This document shows, in pieces, positions 19,978-30,633 of a stretch of DNA of 64,000 nt. The stretch's first letter is position 1; the number at the start of each line of letters is the position of its first letter. The notes under the pieces are model-generated. The model searched no databases. It was given only the letters and a program-made list of their open reading frames with translations, and had not been told where the DNA came from. The position numbers and the translations under genes are program-made. The stretch comes from Clostridiales bacterium (GTDB lineage Bacteria > Bacillota > Clostridia > TANB77 > SIG350). The DNA lies in NCBI GenBank assembly GCA_015056545.1, contig SVGE01000001.1:9129-73128 (forward strand), in the 5' to 3' direction.

Positions 19978-20436
19978 TTATTTATTTAGTATATATACAA
20001 ATAAATTTAGATAAGTTGCGAATAATGTCCAAAGTAGATAAGGAATTTGAAGAAGTCCTGCGATTTTATTTTTTCTCCAAAACCTATATATCATTATTGC
20101 AACTAATATTGCAAGTAGAATTATCCATATAAATGAAAATAACCTAGCTTTAAATATAAAAAAGGCAATAGGCCATAATAAGTTTACTATTAATTGTAGA
20201 TAATATATTGAATCAATTTTTGGATCAACTAAATTATTAGTTTTTAATATTCCATAAGATACTCCCATTAAAATATAAAGTATAGTCCAAATTATTGGAA
20301 AAAATATACTTGGTGGTGCTAGTGCAGGCTTTTGAAGTGTATCATAATCTATAAACCCTGAAATTATAAATCCAACTATACCTCCAGCTATTACCGGCAT
20401 CAATATTGATTTAATATAAGTTTTAAAATTTGACAT
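19978..20436 (-). CDS. tspO: TspO/MBR family tryptophan-rich sensory protein
   Basis: …QKPALAPPSIFFPIIWTILYILMG… and a Trp-rich 5-TM profile; about 150 aa. Confidence 0.75.
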   Translation of the reverse strand: MSNFKTYIKSILMPVIAGGIVGFIISGFIDYDTLQKPALAPPSIFFPIIWTILYILMGVSYGILKTNNLVDPKIDSIYYLQLIVNLLWPIAFFIFKARLFSFIWIILLAILVAIMIYRFWRKNKIAGLLQIPYLLWTLFATYLNLFVYILNK

Positions 20437-20570
20437 AAAAATAACCTCCTCAATATATTGTATTTTTAATTTATATAAATATACTTTTATTTTATTATAT
20501 TTTATAGTAAAAATAGAAAATATTAACTTTTTCTGTATAGGCTATAAAAAAAATGGGATAATATAAATAG

Positions 20571-20756
20571 GTGGTGATTTTTATGACAAATAAAGAATTA
20601 TTATATATTGAGGATGCATTAGGACATGAATGTTTTATGAAATCATGTGCTCAAAAAAAAGCAAATCAATTTTCAGATCCAACTCTTGTTAGCTATGTTA
20701 AAGAGTTAGAACAAAAACATACTGATTTATTCAGTAAATTCATGAATCTATTATAG
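20571..20756 (+). CDS. Small spore-coat-associated protein (partner of the CotF-like gene)
   Basis: 61 aa; paired with the CotF-like gene, separated only by a stop and RBS. Confidence 0.3.
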   Translation: MVIFMTNKELLYIEDALGHECFMKSCAQKKANQFSDPTLVSYVKELEQKHTDLFSKFMNLL

Positions 20757-20765
20757 GAGGTAGTT

Positions 20766-21011
20766 ATGGGAGATAAAGAATTAATGGAAAGCGAATTATT
20801 AGTTATAAAAGGTGTTTGTGACCTTTATGAACATGCTACAACTGAATCAACAACTGCAGAAGTTCATAAAGCATTTAAAGATGCTTTAAATGAATCATTA
20901 AATATACAAAATAAATTATATAACATAATGGTTGAAAAAGGATGGTATCAAACTGAAATGGCTCCACAAGATAAAATTGATACATTAAAACAAAAAAATC
21001 AAAATAAATAG
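20766..21011 (+). CDS. Spore coat protein F (Coat_F domain)-like
   Basis: …HATTESTTAEVHKAFKDALNESLNIQNKLYNIMVEKGWY matches the Coat_F domain pattern. Confidence 0.45.
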   Translation: MGDKELMESELLVIKGVCDLYEHATTESTTAEVHKAFKDALNESLNIQNKLYNIMVEKGWYQTEMAPQDKIDTLKQKNQNK

Positions 21012-21016
21012 TAAAA

Positions 21017-21051
21017 AGAACTGGCTTTCTTATTTTGAAAGCCAGTTCTTG
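21017..21051. terminator. Bidirectional terminator (aagaactggctttc / gaaagccagttctt)
   Basis: 14-bp perfect stem flanked by A and T runs. Confidence 0.65.
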
Positions 21052-21056
21052 GTTGT

Positions 21057-21392
21057 TTAGAATCCAATACAAGAAATTTTTATTTTTCTCCAATATTCTT
21101 CTTTGTTTACAGGATAACCTCCCTGAGTAAAAGGTACAAATAGGGCATGGTTCGGAGTATAACCGTTTAATCTTAATGTTTTTTCTGTTCCAACAAAATT
21201 CGGAATAACGAACTGTGTTTTTTCAGATATGAAAGTTACAATTCCAGCGTTTATATTATACCTCATATCAAATTCTTCAACATCAGGTTCATATGTTTCG
21301 AATTTGTTTGCTAAACCACCGACGTAAATTTTTGTTGGTTTTGAAATAGCAACTGCCATTCCTTTTAAATCTGCCATTGTCATTGTTGTCAT
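21057..21392 (-). CDS. Hypothetical protein (111 aa)
   Basis: RBS ggaggaag; no assignable motif. Confidence 0.35.
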   Translation of the reverse strand: MTTMTMADLKGMAVAISKPTKIYVGGLANKFETYEPDVEEFDMRYNINAGIVTFISEKTQFVIPNFVGTEKTLRLNGYTPNHALFVPFTQGGYPVNKEEYWRKIKISCIGF

Positions 21393-21598
21393 AGTTATCT
21401 TCCTCCATTTGTAAAAATTTATTTAACCTACATTAAAAAATTTAATGATAGGGTAAAAGCATAAAACATAAAACTAAAAAAAGTTTTAATAAAATAAATA
21501 ATTCTTACATTAATATTATATTACAATATACAAAAATATGCAATAATTTACAATAAAATAGACAACCTAACAGTATAAAACTATTAGGTTGTCTATTT

Positions 21599-21835
21599 TT
21601 ATGAGAGAACAAGTTCATGTTTTACATGATGCCTTACAGCACGCCATTTACCATTATTAAGTTGTTCAGCATAGCCAGAAATTTCTTTCCAGCCATATTG
21701 TATAGGATGAGCTTTTCTAATTTCATCTAATACAATAAGAGCCTCGCTTTTTGTATTTTTTTCAATAGGCGATACGAATGTTTCTTCAAATACTACTTTT
21801 CCGTGCAATAACATATATTTATGCACTCCTCTCAA
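21599..21835 (-). CDS. Hypothetical small protein (78 aa)
   Basis: RBS gaggag; terminator hairpin (gacaacctaa…ttaggttgtc) just downstream. Confidence 0.35.
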   Translation of the reverse strand: MRGVHKYMLLHGKVVFEETFVSPIEKNTKSEALIVLDEIRKAHPIQYGWKEISGYAEQLNNGKWRAVRHHVKHELVLS

Positions 21836-21947
21836 AATTTATTTATATAATAATTATACCATATTTTATGCTAAAAGTCTAATTAACATGTAAATTATAA
21901 GTAACTTGCCAAGCTAAATGGCATATAAATACTAATGGAGGTGTATA

Positions 21948-22649
21948 ATGTTACAATTATTAGATTTACTAAAATATTTGTTTATATGTACTGGTTATGT
22001 TTCAAATTCAAATTTGTTTCCTGAACCTTTAACTAGTGAGGAAGAGAAAATATATGTAGAAAAATATATTAATGGGGATATAGAAGCAAAACATGTATTG
22101 ATTACAAGAAATTTAAGATTAGTTGCATATGTTGTAAAAAAATATTCTACAACACAAGTTGATCAAGATGATTTAATTTCTATAGGTACAATAGGACTTA
22201 TAAAAGGAATTGAGCGATATAATAATGAGAAAGGAACAAAATTATCTACATATGTTTCACGATGTATTGAAAATGAAATATTAATGTATCTAAGAAGTAA
22301 TAAAAAAATAAAAAATGAAACCTCAATAAATAATGTTATTGGTCAAGATAAAGAAGGAAATGAATTATCATATATTAATATACTTGAATGCGAACAAATG
22401 GATATAGAAGATAAAATTGATTTAAAAGAAAAAATTAAACTTTTATATAAGAAGATAGGAGAATGTTTAAAAGACAGAGAAAAACAAATTATTGAGTTGA
22501 GATTTGGTCTTAACGGTAAAAAAGGAAAAACACAAAGTGAAATAGGAAAGATGATGGGAATATCCCGTTCATATGTTTCAAGAATAGAAACAAAGGCGAT
22601 TAATAAATTAAAAAAAGAATTAATTAAAAATGATAATAATATTAAGTAA
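21948..22649 (+). CDS. sigK: Sporulation sigma factor SigK (pro-sigma-K), uninterrupted
   Basis: NLFPEPLTSEEEKIYVEKY…NLRLVAYVVKKY…LISIGTIGLIKGIERY…GTKLSTYVSRCIENEILMYLR…IGQDKEGNE…ISRSYVSRIE matches B. subtilis SigK almost motif for motif. Confidence 0.85.
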   Translation: MLQLLDLLKYLFICTGYVSNSNLFPEPLTSEEEKIYVEKYINGDIEAKHVLITRNLRLVAYVVKKYSTTQVDQDDLISIGTIGLIKGIERYNNEKGTKLSTYVSRCIENEILMYLRSNKKIKNETSINNVIGQDKEGNELSYINILECEQMDIEDKIDLKEKIKLLYKKIGECLKDREKQIIELRFGLNGKKGKTQSEIGKMMGISRSYVSRIETKAINKLKKELIKNDNNIK

Positions 22650-22729
22650 AATGTTGTAATTTTTACTGAAATATAATAAAATGTATATGTTAAAAATGGT
22701 TATGACTTTATAGAAAGAGGTGCAAACTT

Positions 22730-23641
22730 TTGAATAAAATTGAAATATATAATAATTTAAAAGAATTTGGGTTAGATGTTTTGATTGATGAATCAATGTC
22801 AAAACATACTTCTTTTAAAATTGGTGGAAATGCAGATATATTAGTAAAACCAACTAGTATGATTCAAATCAAACAAATAATAGATTTTTGTAAGAAAAAA
22901 AACATTAAATATATAGTAATTGGTAATGGTACAAATTTATTAGTAAAAGATGGGGGAATAAGAGAATTAGTAATAAAAATAGGACCTGATTTTAATAATA
23001 TTGAAATAAAAGAAAATTATATAACAGCAAGTTCAGGCACTTCTTTAATTGCTCTTTCACATTTAGCATATAAACATGGTTTAGGAGGCTTAGAATTTGC
23101 TTGTGGCATACCTGGAACTCTTGGTGGTGCTATAAAAATGAATGCAGGAGCATTTAAGGGTGAAATGAGTGATATTGTATATAGTACTAAATATCTTAAT
23201 GAGAATGGTGAAATATGTGAAATAAAAGAAAATCAGCATAGATTTGCATATAGAGAGAGTATTTTTGATAATAATTCTGATTTGATTATATTAGAATCAA
23301 CACTTAGATTATTTGAAAAAGATAAAACAGAAATTAAAGAGAGAATGGATTATTGTACTAATTATAGAAAAGAAAAACAACCTATAAATTATCCTAGTGC
23401 AGGAAGTTCTTTTAAAAGACCTGAAGGACATTTTCCTGGACAATTAATTGAAGAATGTGGACTTAAAGGATTTAGAGTAGGTGGAGCAGAAGTATCTACA
23501 CTTCATGCGAACTTTATAATTAATTCTAATAATGCTACAGCAAAAGATGTACTTGAATTAATGGAATATATACAAAAGAAAGTTTATGATAAATTCAATG
23601 TAAATTTAGAACCAGAAATTAAAGTAATAGGAGAAGATTAG
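22730..23641 (+). CDS. murB: UDP-N-acetylenolpyruvoylglucosamine reductase
   Basis: FAD-binding N-terminus (GGNADILVKP) and SAGSSFKRPEGHF. Confidence 0.9.
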   Translation: MNKIEIYNNLKEFGLDVLIDESMSKHTSFKIGGNADILVKPTSMIQIKQIIDFCKKKNIKYIVIGNGTNLLVKDGGIRELVIKIGPDFNNIEIKENYITASSGTSLIALSHLAYKHGLGGLEFACGIPGTLGGAIKMNAGAFKGEMSDIVYSTKYLNENGEICEIKENQHRFAYRESIFDNNSDLIILESTLRLFEKDKTEIKERMDYCTNYRKEKQPINYPSAGSSFKRPEGHFPGQLIEECGLKGFRVGGAEVSTLHANFIINSNNATAKDVLELMEYIQKKVYDKFNVNLEPEIKVIGED

Positions 23642-23642
23642 A

Positions 23643-24908
23643 ATGAAAGAAGTACTAAAATGGTTTAATCCAAATATTAAAATGAAAAGATGGTTAATTT
23701 GTATATTTATAGGAGCAATTGTATTTGCATATGCAATTAGTAATCTTATAATACAAACAGAACTAACTTTAATTTCATTATTAATAACAGCTATATTATT
23801 TGTAATAGGAGGAAGTTTAATTGTAATTGCTTTCATATTTGCACAATCAAAAACAATGCAAGTTATTACTGGGGTTAATACATTATCAGAAAATTTATCT
23901 CAAGAAGAACTTGAAAAGATCTTTAGAGATAAAACATTATATGAAAGAAATCCAAAAATATGTATAATTGGTACTGGATTAGGACTAGATGCTACTATTA
24001 AAAGTGTAAAAAAATATTCAAATAATATTTCTGTAATTACGCCATTTTATGAGAATGATATAAGAGATTCATTAATTAATTTAGCTACAAATAAACAAGT
24101 TATTAAAAAATTATTTGAAGATAATTACTTATTTTCACAAATTGAATACTTCAAAAAGGTTTATGGTGATTATGAACTAGGTATAAGTAATTTATGCAAT
24201 ATATTGAATTTAAATGGAAGTATAATCCCTGTTTCATATGATTCAATGGAATATAAAGTTATATTATCTGATGGTATTGAATTATCTAGCCAAACAGACG
24301 AAATAGCAAAAATAAATATGCAAAGAGGTACAAAAATATCTAAATTATTTTTAAATCAAGAAGTTAATATAACACAAACAAGCTTAAATGCAATAAAAAA
24401 AGCTGATTTAATAATATTTGCACCATGCAGTTTATATAGTGAACTTATTCCAATACTTAAAATAGATAATTTAGTTAAAACATTAAAAAAAGCTAAAGCT
24501 AAAAAAGTATATATAAATAATATAATGACTGTTTCAGGTGAAACAACTTTTTATGATTTATATGACCATATTAATGCAATTAATGAAATATGTGAAACTG
24601 AATTTATTGATTACATAATAGTAGATAAAGGAAACATAGCTTATAAAAAGAGAGTAGACGAATATAATAAAACAAGTTCAGAACCTGTTGAATATAATAA
24701 AGAAAAATTTAAAGGAAGTAAAATTAGAGTTATTAGAAAAGATTTAGCTATAAGTAATAGGGATAATGATTTAGTATATGATTATGATAAATTATCAGAT
24801 ATTATAGGCAATATTTTAATTAATAATATAGATGGAAATAAATCTAAACTTACTAAAAGAGCTATAATTGCTAAGATTAAAAATTTAATTAATAAATTTA
24901 GAAAATAA
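23643..24908 (+). CDS. YvcK/CofD-family (UPF0052) protein with an unusual N-terminal 3-TM membrane anchor
   Basis: CIIGTGLGL and IIFAPCSLYSELIPIL match the YvcK/CofD fold motifs, but the canonical VADDGGSSG is replaced (ITPFYEND). Confidence 0.5.
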   Translation: MKEVLKWFNPNIKMKRWLICIFIGAIVFAYAISNLIIQTELTLISLLITAILFVIGGSLIVIAFIFAQSKTMQVITGVNTLSENLSQEELEKIFRDKTLYERNPKICIIGTGLGLDATIKSVKKYSNNISVITPFYENDIRDSLINLATNKQVIKKLFEDNYLFSQIEYFKKVYGDYELGISNLCNILNLNGSIIPVSYDSMEYKVILSDGIELSSQTDEIAKINMQRGTKISKLFLNQEVNITQTSLNAIKKADLIIFAPCSLYSELIPILKIDNLVKTLKKAKAKKVYINNIMTVSGETTFYDLYDHINAINEICETEFIDYIIVDKGNIAYKKRVDEYNKTSSEPVEYNKEKFKGSKIRVIRKDLAISNRDNDLVYDYDKLSDIIGNILINNIDGNKSKLTKRAIIAKIKNLINKFRK

Positions 24909-24929
24909 TTATTTATTTACAAAGGAGAA

Positions 24930-26909
24930 ATGAAAATGATATATACTAAAAAATTTATTAGTACATTTGAAGAAGGAACAAATAAGCAATGGCTTGTCAC
25001 TAATGGAATAGGCGGTTATGCATCATCTACAATAGTAGGATGTAATACAAGAAAATATCATGCACTGCTTGTAGGACCTAAAACACCTCCATATAATAGA
25101 ACATGTTATGTTTCAAAAGTTAATGAGACAATTACCGTTAATGGAGTAAAACATGAAATATCTACAAATGAGTGTTTAGGATATGTTTCAAAGGGATTTA
25201 ATTATCAGACAAGTTTTAAGAAAGAATATTTTCCTATATTTGAATATGAAGTAAATGATATAAAAATAAAAAAACAATTAACCATGATATATGGGAAAAA
25301 TGCTACTGTTTTAAAATATGAAATTGAAACAGGGGATAAAGAATCTTTGTTTGAAATTGCTCCACTTATTAACTATAGAGATTTTCATGCAACAAATACA
25401 AGCGAAATAGAATTTGCACAAGTATTACTTGCAAACAATAATTTAAAAATTGTTTATGATACTGAAAATAGTCTATTTATTGATACTAATTTAACACATT
25501 ATGAAAGATTTGAGAAAATAAATTTTAATAATATGTATTATAGAGTAGAAAAACAACGTGGTCTTGATGCAGTTGAAAATCATTTTATACCAGGTGTATA
25601 CAGCATTAAGATTGAACCAAATACTAAAGTTGAATTATATATGACTTTTTCTACAGAATATATACCCAAAATAGACTTAGCTTTTGTAAATAGTATTTTT
25701 GAAAAAGAAATATATAGACAAAATAGAATAATTGATAAAGCTAATTTGAATGATGAATATGCAAATAAACTTGTATTAGCAGCTGACCAATTTATTATAC
25801 AAAAACCTGATGATGAATATGGTATAATTGCTGGTTATCCTTGGTTTGATGAATGGGGAAGAGATACTTTTATCTCTTTTGAAGGATTACTACTTGTGAC
25901 TAAAAGATATGAAATAGCTAGAAAAGTATTATTAAGTAATGTTAAACATATTGAAGACGGGATAATGCCAAATACATTTAATAACTATACAGGAGAAGGA
26001 TTATATAATTCAGTTGATGCTGGTTTATGGTTTTTTGAAGCTGTGAATAGATATATAGAATATACTAATGACTATAAATTTATAATAGAAAATATTTATC
26101 CATATATGAAAGAAATAGTTTTATCATATAGTGAAGGAACTTTATATAATATACATGTAGATAAGAGTGATGGTCTTTTAATTAGTGGAACACCTGAAAT
26201 TCAATTAACATGGATGGATGCAAAAGTTGGAGATAAAGTAATAACACCTAGAAATGGCAAATGTGTAGAAATAAATGCTTTATGGTATAATGCATTAAAT
26301 ATTATGATGAAATTAGCAAATGAATTAAAAGATAATATAGAATATAAGATGTATAAACATATGGCTGAAGTTTGTAAAATTTCTTTTAATGAAAAGTTTT
26401 GGAATAGTTCAAAAGATACTTTATATGATGTTATTGAGCCATATAGCCATGAAATAAGACCAAATCAAATACTTGCGTTATCTTTATCATATCCATTAAT
26501 TAGTGGTAGTAGAGCTAAAATAATACTAGATACTGTAAGTGAACATTTATATACACCATATGGTCTTAGAACTTTATCTCAATATAGTAACAATTACATT
26601 GGAAAATATTATGGTGATGTATGGCAAAGAGATAGTGCATATCATCAAGGAACAGTTTGGACATGGCTTCTTTCTGAATACATAATTGCTTTTTGCAGAA
26701 CAAATGGATATTCTTTAAAAGATAGAAAAAGATGGTTAAAATATATTAAAGTACTGCAAGAGAATATAGTTGATGATTGTATAGATAGTATATCTGAGAT
26801 TTTTGATGGAGATTATCCTCATTTACCAAATGGTACATATGCACAAGCATGGAGTGTTGGTAATATATTAAAACTATTTACAGATATAGAAATAGGAGAT
26901 GACAAATGA
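24930..26909 (+). CDS. Glycogen debranching enzyme (amylo-alpha-1,6-glucosidase family, archaeal type)
   Basis: N-terminal GDE_N-like WLVTNGIGGYASSTIVGCNTRKYHALLV; (alpha/alpha)6-barrel-type C-terminal region; 659 aa. Confidence 0.6.
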   Translation: MKMIYTKKFISTFEEGTNKQWLVTNGIGGYASSTIVGCNTRKYHALLVGPKTPPYNRTCYVSKVNETITVNGVKHEISTNECLGYVSKGFNYQTSFKKEYFPIFEYEVNDIKIKKQLTMIYGKNATVLKYEIETGDKESLFEIAPLINYRDFHATNTSEIEFAQVLLANNNLKIVYDTENSLFIDTNLTHYERFEKINFNNMYYRVEKQRGLDAVENHFIPGVYSIKIEPNTKVELYMTFSTEYIPKIDLAFVNSIFEKEIYRQNRIIDKANLNDEYANKLVLAADQFIIQKPDDEYGIIAGYPWFDEWGRDTFISFEGLLLVTKRYEIARKVLLSNVKHIEDGIMPNTFNNYTGEGLYNSVDAGLWFFEAVNRYIEYTNDYKFIIENIYPYMKEIVLSYSEGTLYNIHVDKSDGLLISGTPEIQLTWMDAKVGDKVITPRNGKCVEINALWYNALNIMMKLANELKDNIEYKMYKHMAEVCKISFNEKFWNSSKDTLYDVIEPYSHEIRPNQILALSLSYPLISGSRAKIILDTVSEHLYTPYGLRTLSQYSNNYIGKYYGDVWQRDSAYHQGTVWTWLLSEYIIAFCRTNGYSLKDRKRWLKYIKVLQENIVDDCIDSISEIFDGDYPHLPNGTYAQAWSVGNILKLFTDIEIGDDK

Positions 26910-27397
26910 AAATTTTAGGAATTGATCCTGGTTTTGCAATTACAGGTTATTCAGTAATTACATATGAAGGTAATAAATTTAAGTTAATAGAGTCAGGTGC
27001 AGTAAATACTTCAAAAGATATGCCTTTTGAAGATAGATTAGCATGTATTTATGATAAAGTAACAGATTTAATAAAAGAGTATTCACCAGACTATATTTCT
27101 GTTGAAGAACTATTCTTTAATAATAATGTTACAACTGCAATTGGTGTTGCACAAGGTAGAGGAGCTGTACTTATTGCCGCTTCTAAAAATAAAGTACCTA
27201 TATTTGAATATACACCACTTCAAGTAAAACAAGCAGTTGTAGGATATGGTAGAGCAGATAAAAAGCAAGTTAGTCAAATGGTAAAGGCAATACTTAATTT
27301 AGATGCTGTTCCCAAATTAGATGATATAACAGACTCAATGGCAGTTGGAATATGTCATGCACATTCATATAATGTTTTAAGTAGAGGTTTAAAATGA
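26906..27397 (+). CDS. ruvC: Crossover junction endodeoxyribonuclease RuvC
   Basis: MKILGIDPGFAITGYSVI … PDYISVEELFF … FEYTPLQVKQAVVGYGRADKKQV … DSMAVGICHAH (RuvC catalytic D/E/D/D residues). Confidence 0.9.
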   Translation: MKILGIDPGFAITGYSVITYEGNKFKLIESGAVNTSKDMPFEDRLACIYDKVTDLIKEYSPDYISVEELFFNNNVTTAIGVAQGRGAVLIAASKNKVPIFEYTPLQVKQAVVGYGRADKKQVSQMVKAILNLDAVPKLDDITDSMAVGICHAHSYNVLSRGLK

Positions 27398-28416
27398 AAA
27401 ATGATAAATTAGACAATGTAATTAATAATAAAGATATATTTGGCAAAGTATTTCTTTTTTATGGTGAAGAAAAATATAATAGGAATGTATATGTTAATAA
27501 AATAAAGAAAATTTATGGAGATTTGTTAAAAGGTATAAACTATATTGTTTTAGATGATACAAACGTAAATAACATCGTTTTTGAAGCAAATACACCTGCT
27601 TTTGGATACCCATCAAAATTAATTTTAGTAAATGATTCTAATATATTTAAAATAAAAAAGAAAAAATCAGATGATTCTGTTAAAGAAGAAACTGTAACAA
27701 ATAGTGGTGAAATAGACATTTTAAATTTATTAGAAAATGGTATACCAGATAATGTTACGATAATATTTAATGAAACAGATGCTGCTAAAACAAAAAAAAT
27801 ATATAAATTAATAGATAAAGTAGGAATTGTAAGTGAATTTAATAGATTATCTGAAAATGATTTAATATCGTATTCAATTACATTATGCAAAAAATATAGT
27901 GTAATAATGGATAAAAATGTTGCTACATATTTTGTTAATGTATGTAATAATAATATGGAAGATATAATAAATGAACTTAGAAAACTTATTGAATATACAG
28001 GAAGTGGTAATGAAATTAAAAAAGAATATATAGATTTAATTACAACTAAAAGTATAGATGCTGTTATTTTTGATTTAACAGATAACTTAGGATATAAGAA
28101 TATTGAAAAATCTATTAACATATTAGATGATTTATTACTTCAAAAAGAACCGTTGCAAAAAATATATATAATGCTTTATAGACATTTCAAAAATTTATAT
28201 ATTATAAAAAAAGCAAATATGCAAGGAATTAATAATATAAATGACGAATTAAAATTACATCCTTTTATGTTTTCAAAGTATTGCAAACAAGTATCTAATT
28301 ATTCATATGATGAAATTAAACAAATATATAACAATTTTATGAATATAGATATAGATAATAAACAAGGAAAAATTGATTTATATACAGGAATTATTAATTC
28401 TATGTGCTTAATGTAA
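27394..28416 (+). CDS. holA: DNA polymerase III delta subunit
   Basis: N-terminal …VFLFYGEEKY…; central …IFDLTDNLGYKNIEKSINILDDLL…; conserved holA-gpr synteny as in Bacillus. Confidence 0.6.
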   Translation: MKNDKLDNVINNKDIFGKVFLFYGEEKYNRNVYVNKIKKIYGDLLKGINYIVLDDTNVNNIVFEANTPAFGYPSKLILVNDSNIFKIKKKKSDDSVKEETVTNSGEIDILNLLENGIPDNVTIIFNETDAAKTKKIYKLIDKVGIVSEFNRLSENDLISYSITLCKKYSVIMDKNVATYFVNVCNNNMEDIINELRKLIEYTGSGNEIKKEYIDLITTKSIDAVIFDLTDNLGYKNIEKSINILDDLLLQKEPLQKIYIMLYRHFKNLYIIKKANMQGINNINDELKLHPFMFSKYCKQVSNYSYDEIKQIYNNFMNIDIDNKQGKIDLYTGIINSMCLM

Positions 28417-28482
28417 AATAAAAAGTATAAATTTCCCATAATTTAGGTATAATAAATATATACTTAGATTGGGGGATTTTTT

Positions 28483-29409
28483 ATGTATAAAAATATACGT
28501 ACAGATTTAGCTATTGAAAATAGAGAAATATATAATCAAGCTAAAAATGCTGAAGATGAAATACCTGGAGTTAAAGTAGAAACAGAACAAAAAAATAATA
28601 TAAAAATTACACGAGTAATTATTGAAACAAAAGAAGGAGAAGAAGCATTAAATAAGCCTGTTGGTAGGTATATAACATTAGATATTCCTAATATTTATGA
28701 AATGACAGCAGAAGATGAATATCTAATTTCTGAGAATATTTCTAAAGAATTAAAACTATTGTTTGATAAAAAGCCAGAAAGTGTTTTAGTAGTTGGTCTT
28801 GGTAATGAAAATATTACTGCTGACTCCTTAGGACCAAAAGTAATAGATAATATTGATGTTACAAGACATATATTAGAGTATGCTCCAGAAGAAATAGAAC
28901 CTAATTCGATAGCTGTTTCTGCAATTGCACCAGGTGTTATGGGAATGACAGGAATTGAAAGTAGTGAAATAATTAAAGGTATTGTAGATAAAATTAAACC
29001 AGATGCTTTAATTGCAATAGATGCTTTAGCTGCAAGACGAGTTGAAAGAATAAATAAAACAGTTCAAATTAGTAATTCAGGAATTCATCCAGGTTCTGGA
29101 GTAGGGAATAGAAGAAAGGGGCTAACTCAACAAACTGTAGGAATTCCTGTAATTGCTATAGGTATTCCTACAGTTGTAGAAACAGCAGTACTTGTTAATG
29201 ATTCTCTTGAATTATTTATAGATAAATTACAAAAAGAGAATAAATCTAATCAAACTTTAAATGAACTTAGACAAATGGAAAACTATGAAAAAATTAGAGA
29301 TTCTTTAATTTCAACAGAATATAATTTAATTGTTACACCAAAAGAAATAGATGATTTAATTGAAAATATGAAAGATATGGTTGCAAGAGGAATAAATTTA
29401 GCTTTTTAA
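28483..29409 (+). CDS. gpr: Germination protease (spore endopeptidase GPR)
   Basis: MYKNIRTDLAIENREIY N-terminus and the length of about 308 aa typical of GPR. Confidence 0.85.
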   Translation: MYKNIRTDLAIENREIYNQAKNAEDEIPGVKVETEQKNNIKITRVIIETKEGEEALNKPVGRYITLDIPNIYEMTAEDEYLISENISKELKLLFDKKPESVLVVGLGNENITADSLGPKVIDNIDVTRHILEYAPEEIEPNSIAVSAIAPGVMGMTGIESSEIIKGIVDKIKPDALIAIDALAARRVERINKTVQISNSGIHPGSGVGNRRKGLTQQTVGIPVIAIGIPTVVETAVLVNDSLELFIDKLQKENKSNQTLNELRQMENYEKIRDSLISTEYNLIVTPKEIDDLIENMKDMVARGINLAF

Positions 29410-29418
29410 AAAGAAAAA

Positions 29419-29460
29419 GAAAGTAGAACACAAAATTTTGTGACTACTTTCTTATATTTT
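29419..29460. terminator. Strong bidirectional terminator (gaaagtag-aa-cacaaaattttgtg-a-ctactttc)
   Basis: Nested long hairpin followed by T-run. Confidence 0.65.
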
Positions 29461-30188
29461 TATATTTCATCTATTTCTAATACAATATCTTTATTAAGTA
29501 TCCCTTTGTTTTTATTTTTGGCTGTAAATTCATGTTCATCTAGTTCTGCAGTTTCTGCTAATACTTTTAAAGCACGTTTACCTATATCTAATTTATCGCC
29601 AGATTTTTTTGCTGTTTGAAGATCTGCAACAGAATATATTACATCTTCCATTTCATCAGATAATTTTATATCTAAATCTATATCATGTATATCTTTTACA
29701 GTAATTATTTTATCAGAATCAGAACAATGAATTTTTATATCTGAAGGATCTTCTATTTCATTATACAAAAAAGATTTATCTCGAGGATTTTCTTTAATTT
29801 GTTCAACAATAATTTCTTTTACATCATTTAAAGCTATATTTTCAACTTCACTACTATAATCTGCTATTTGTAAAGTAGCAGCTCTTTTTTCACCAATATT
29901 TCCAGCATGATTATAATTATTTATCCAATAATCTAGTGTATTTTTATCATCTAAATTTTCAGTAGTTATATTATATGCAGAAATATCAGGGTAATGGTTA
30001 GCTTCATATATTTCAGCAAATCCGGCAATAGTACCAATTGCAATAGCACATGCAAGTGTAATTTTAGCTTTTTTAGATAATTTTTGCCAAAAAGATTTAT
30101 CTATTTTTTTATCCTTTGTGCGAGTACCAGATAATTGATATTTTGCACTTTTTTCTAAATGTTTTTGTGTTTTTTTTACTTTTTTCAT
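29460..30188 (-). CDS. Membrane-anchored hypothetical protein (242 aa), acidic extracytoplasmic domain
   Basis: One TM after a basic N-terminus; no motifs. Confidence 0.35.
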   Translation of the reverse strand: MKKVKKTQKHLEKSAKYQLSGTRTKDKKIDKSFWQKLSKKAKITLACAIAIGTIAGFAEIYEANHYPDISAYNITTENLDDKNTLDYWINNYNHAGNIGEKRAATLQIADYSSEVENIALNDVKEIIVEQIKENPRDKSFLYNEIEDPSDIKIHCSDSDKIITVKDIHDIDLDIKLSDEMEDVIYSVADLQTAKKSGDKLDIGKRALKVLAETAELDEHEFTAKNKNKGILNKDIVLEIDEI

Positions 30189-30306
30189 AAAATCACATCC
30201 TTAGTATAATATATCTTAATTATACAACTTTATTTAAATATTGTCAAAAATTAAAAGAATATGTTATAATTTTTTAAAATAAATTATAAGAAAGGGGGAG
30301 ATAAGT

Positions 30307-30633
30307 TTGAAAGAATATTGCGTTTTTGTACTTTTAAATCGTACAAACGAACCAATGATTTTAAAAGGATATAATAATATAGATTCTGCTAAAACAAGAT
30401 TATATCAATATATAAGAAATTGGCAGGATAATTCATGGCCATATTATGTTGATAATGATTTTTATAATAATGAATATCCAAATATTGATTGCAAAAATTT
30501 TGCTTATTTTTGTATTAAGGAAAGAGATGTTACTAAATGGGAAAAGTATTCTAATGTTAATATAAAATATGAAGATAACCATGAAAATAATAATAAATGT
30601 AAAATAATTAATTTTTTAGATTTTAATATTTAA
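30307..30633 (+). CDS. Hypothetical protein (108 aa, Asn/Tyr-rich)
   Basis: RBS gggggag; no motifs. Confidence 0.3.
   Translation: MKEYCVFVLLNRTNEPMILKGYNNIDSAKTRLYQYIRNWQDNSWPYYVDNDFYNNEYPNIDCKNFAYFCIKERDVTKWEKYSNVNIKYEDNHENNNKCKIINFLDFNI

Noticed and set aside
21948-22649. Checked sigK for a skin-type intervening element
   Set aside because: The gene is continuous from the pro-sequence through region 4.2 (ISRSYVSRIE) in one ORF; no insertion
28417-28482. Expected rpsT between holA and gpr, as in Bacillus
   Set aside because: Only 66 bp of intergenic DNA with no ORF; simply absent here
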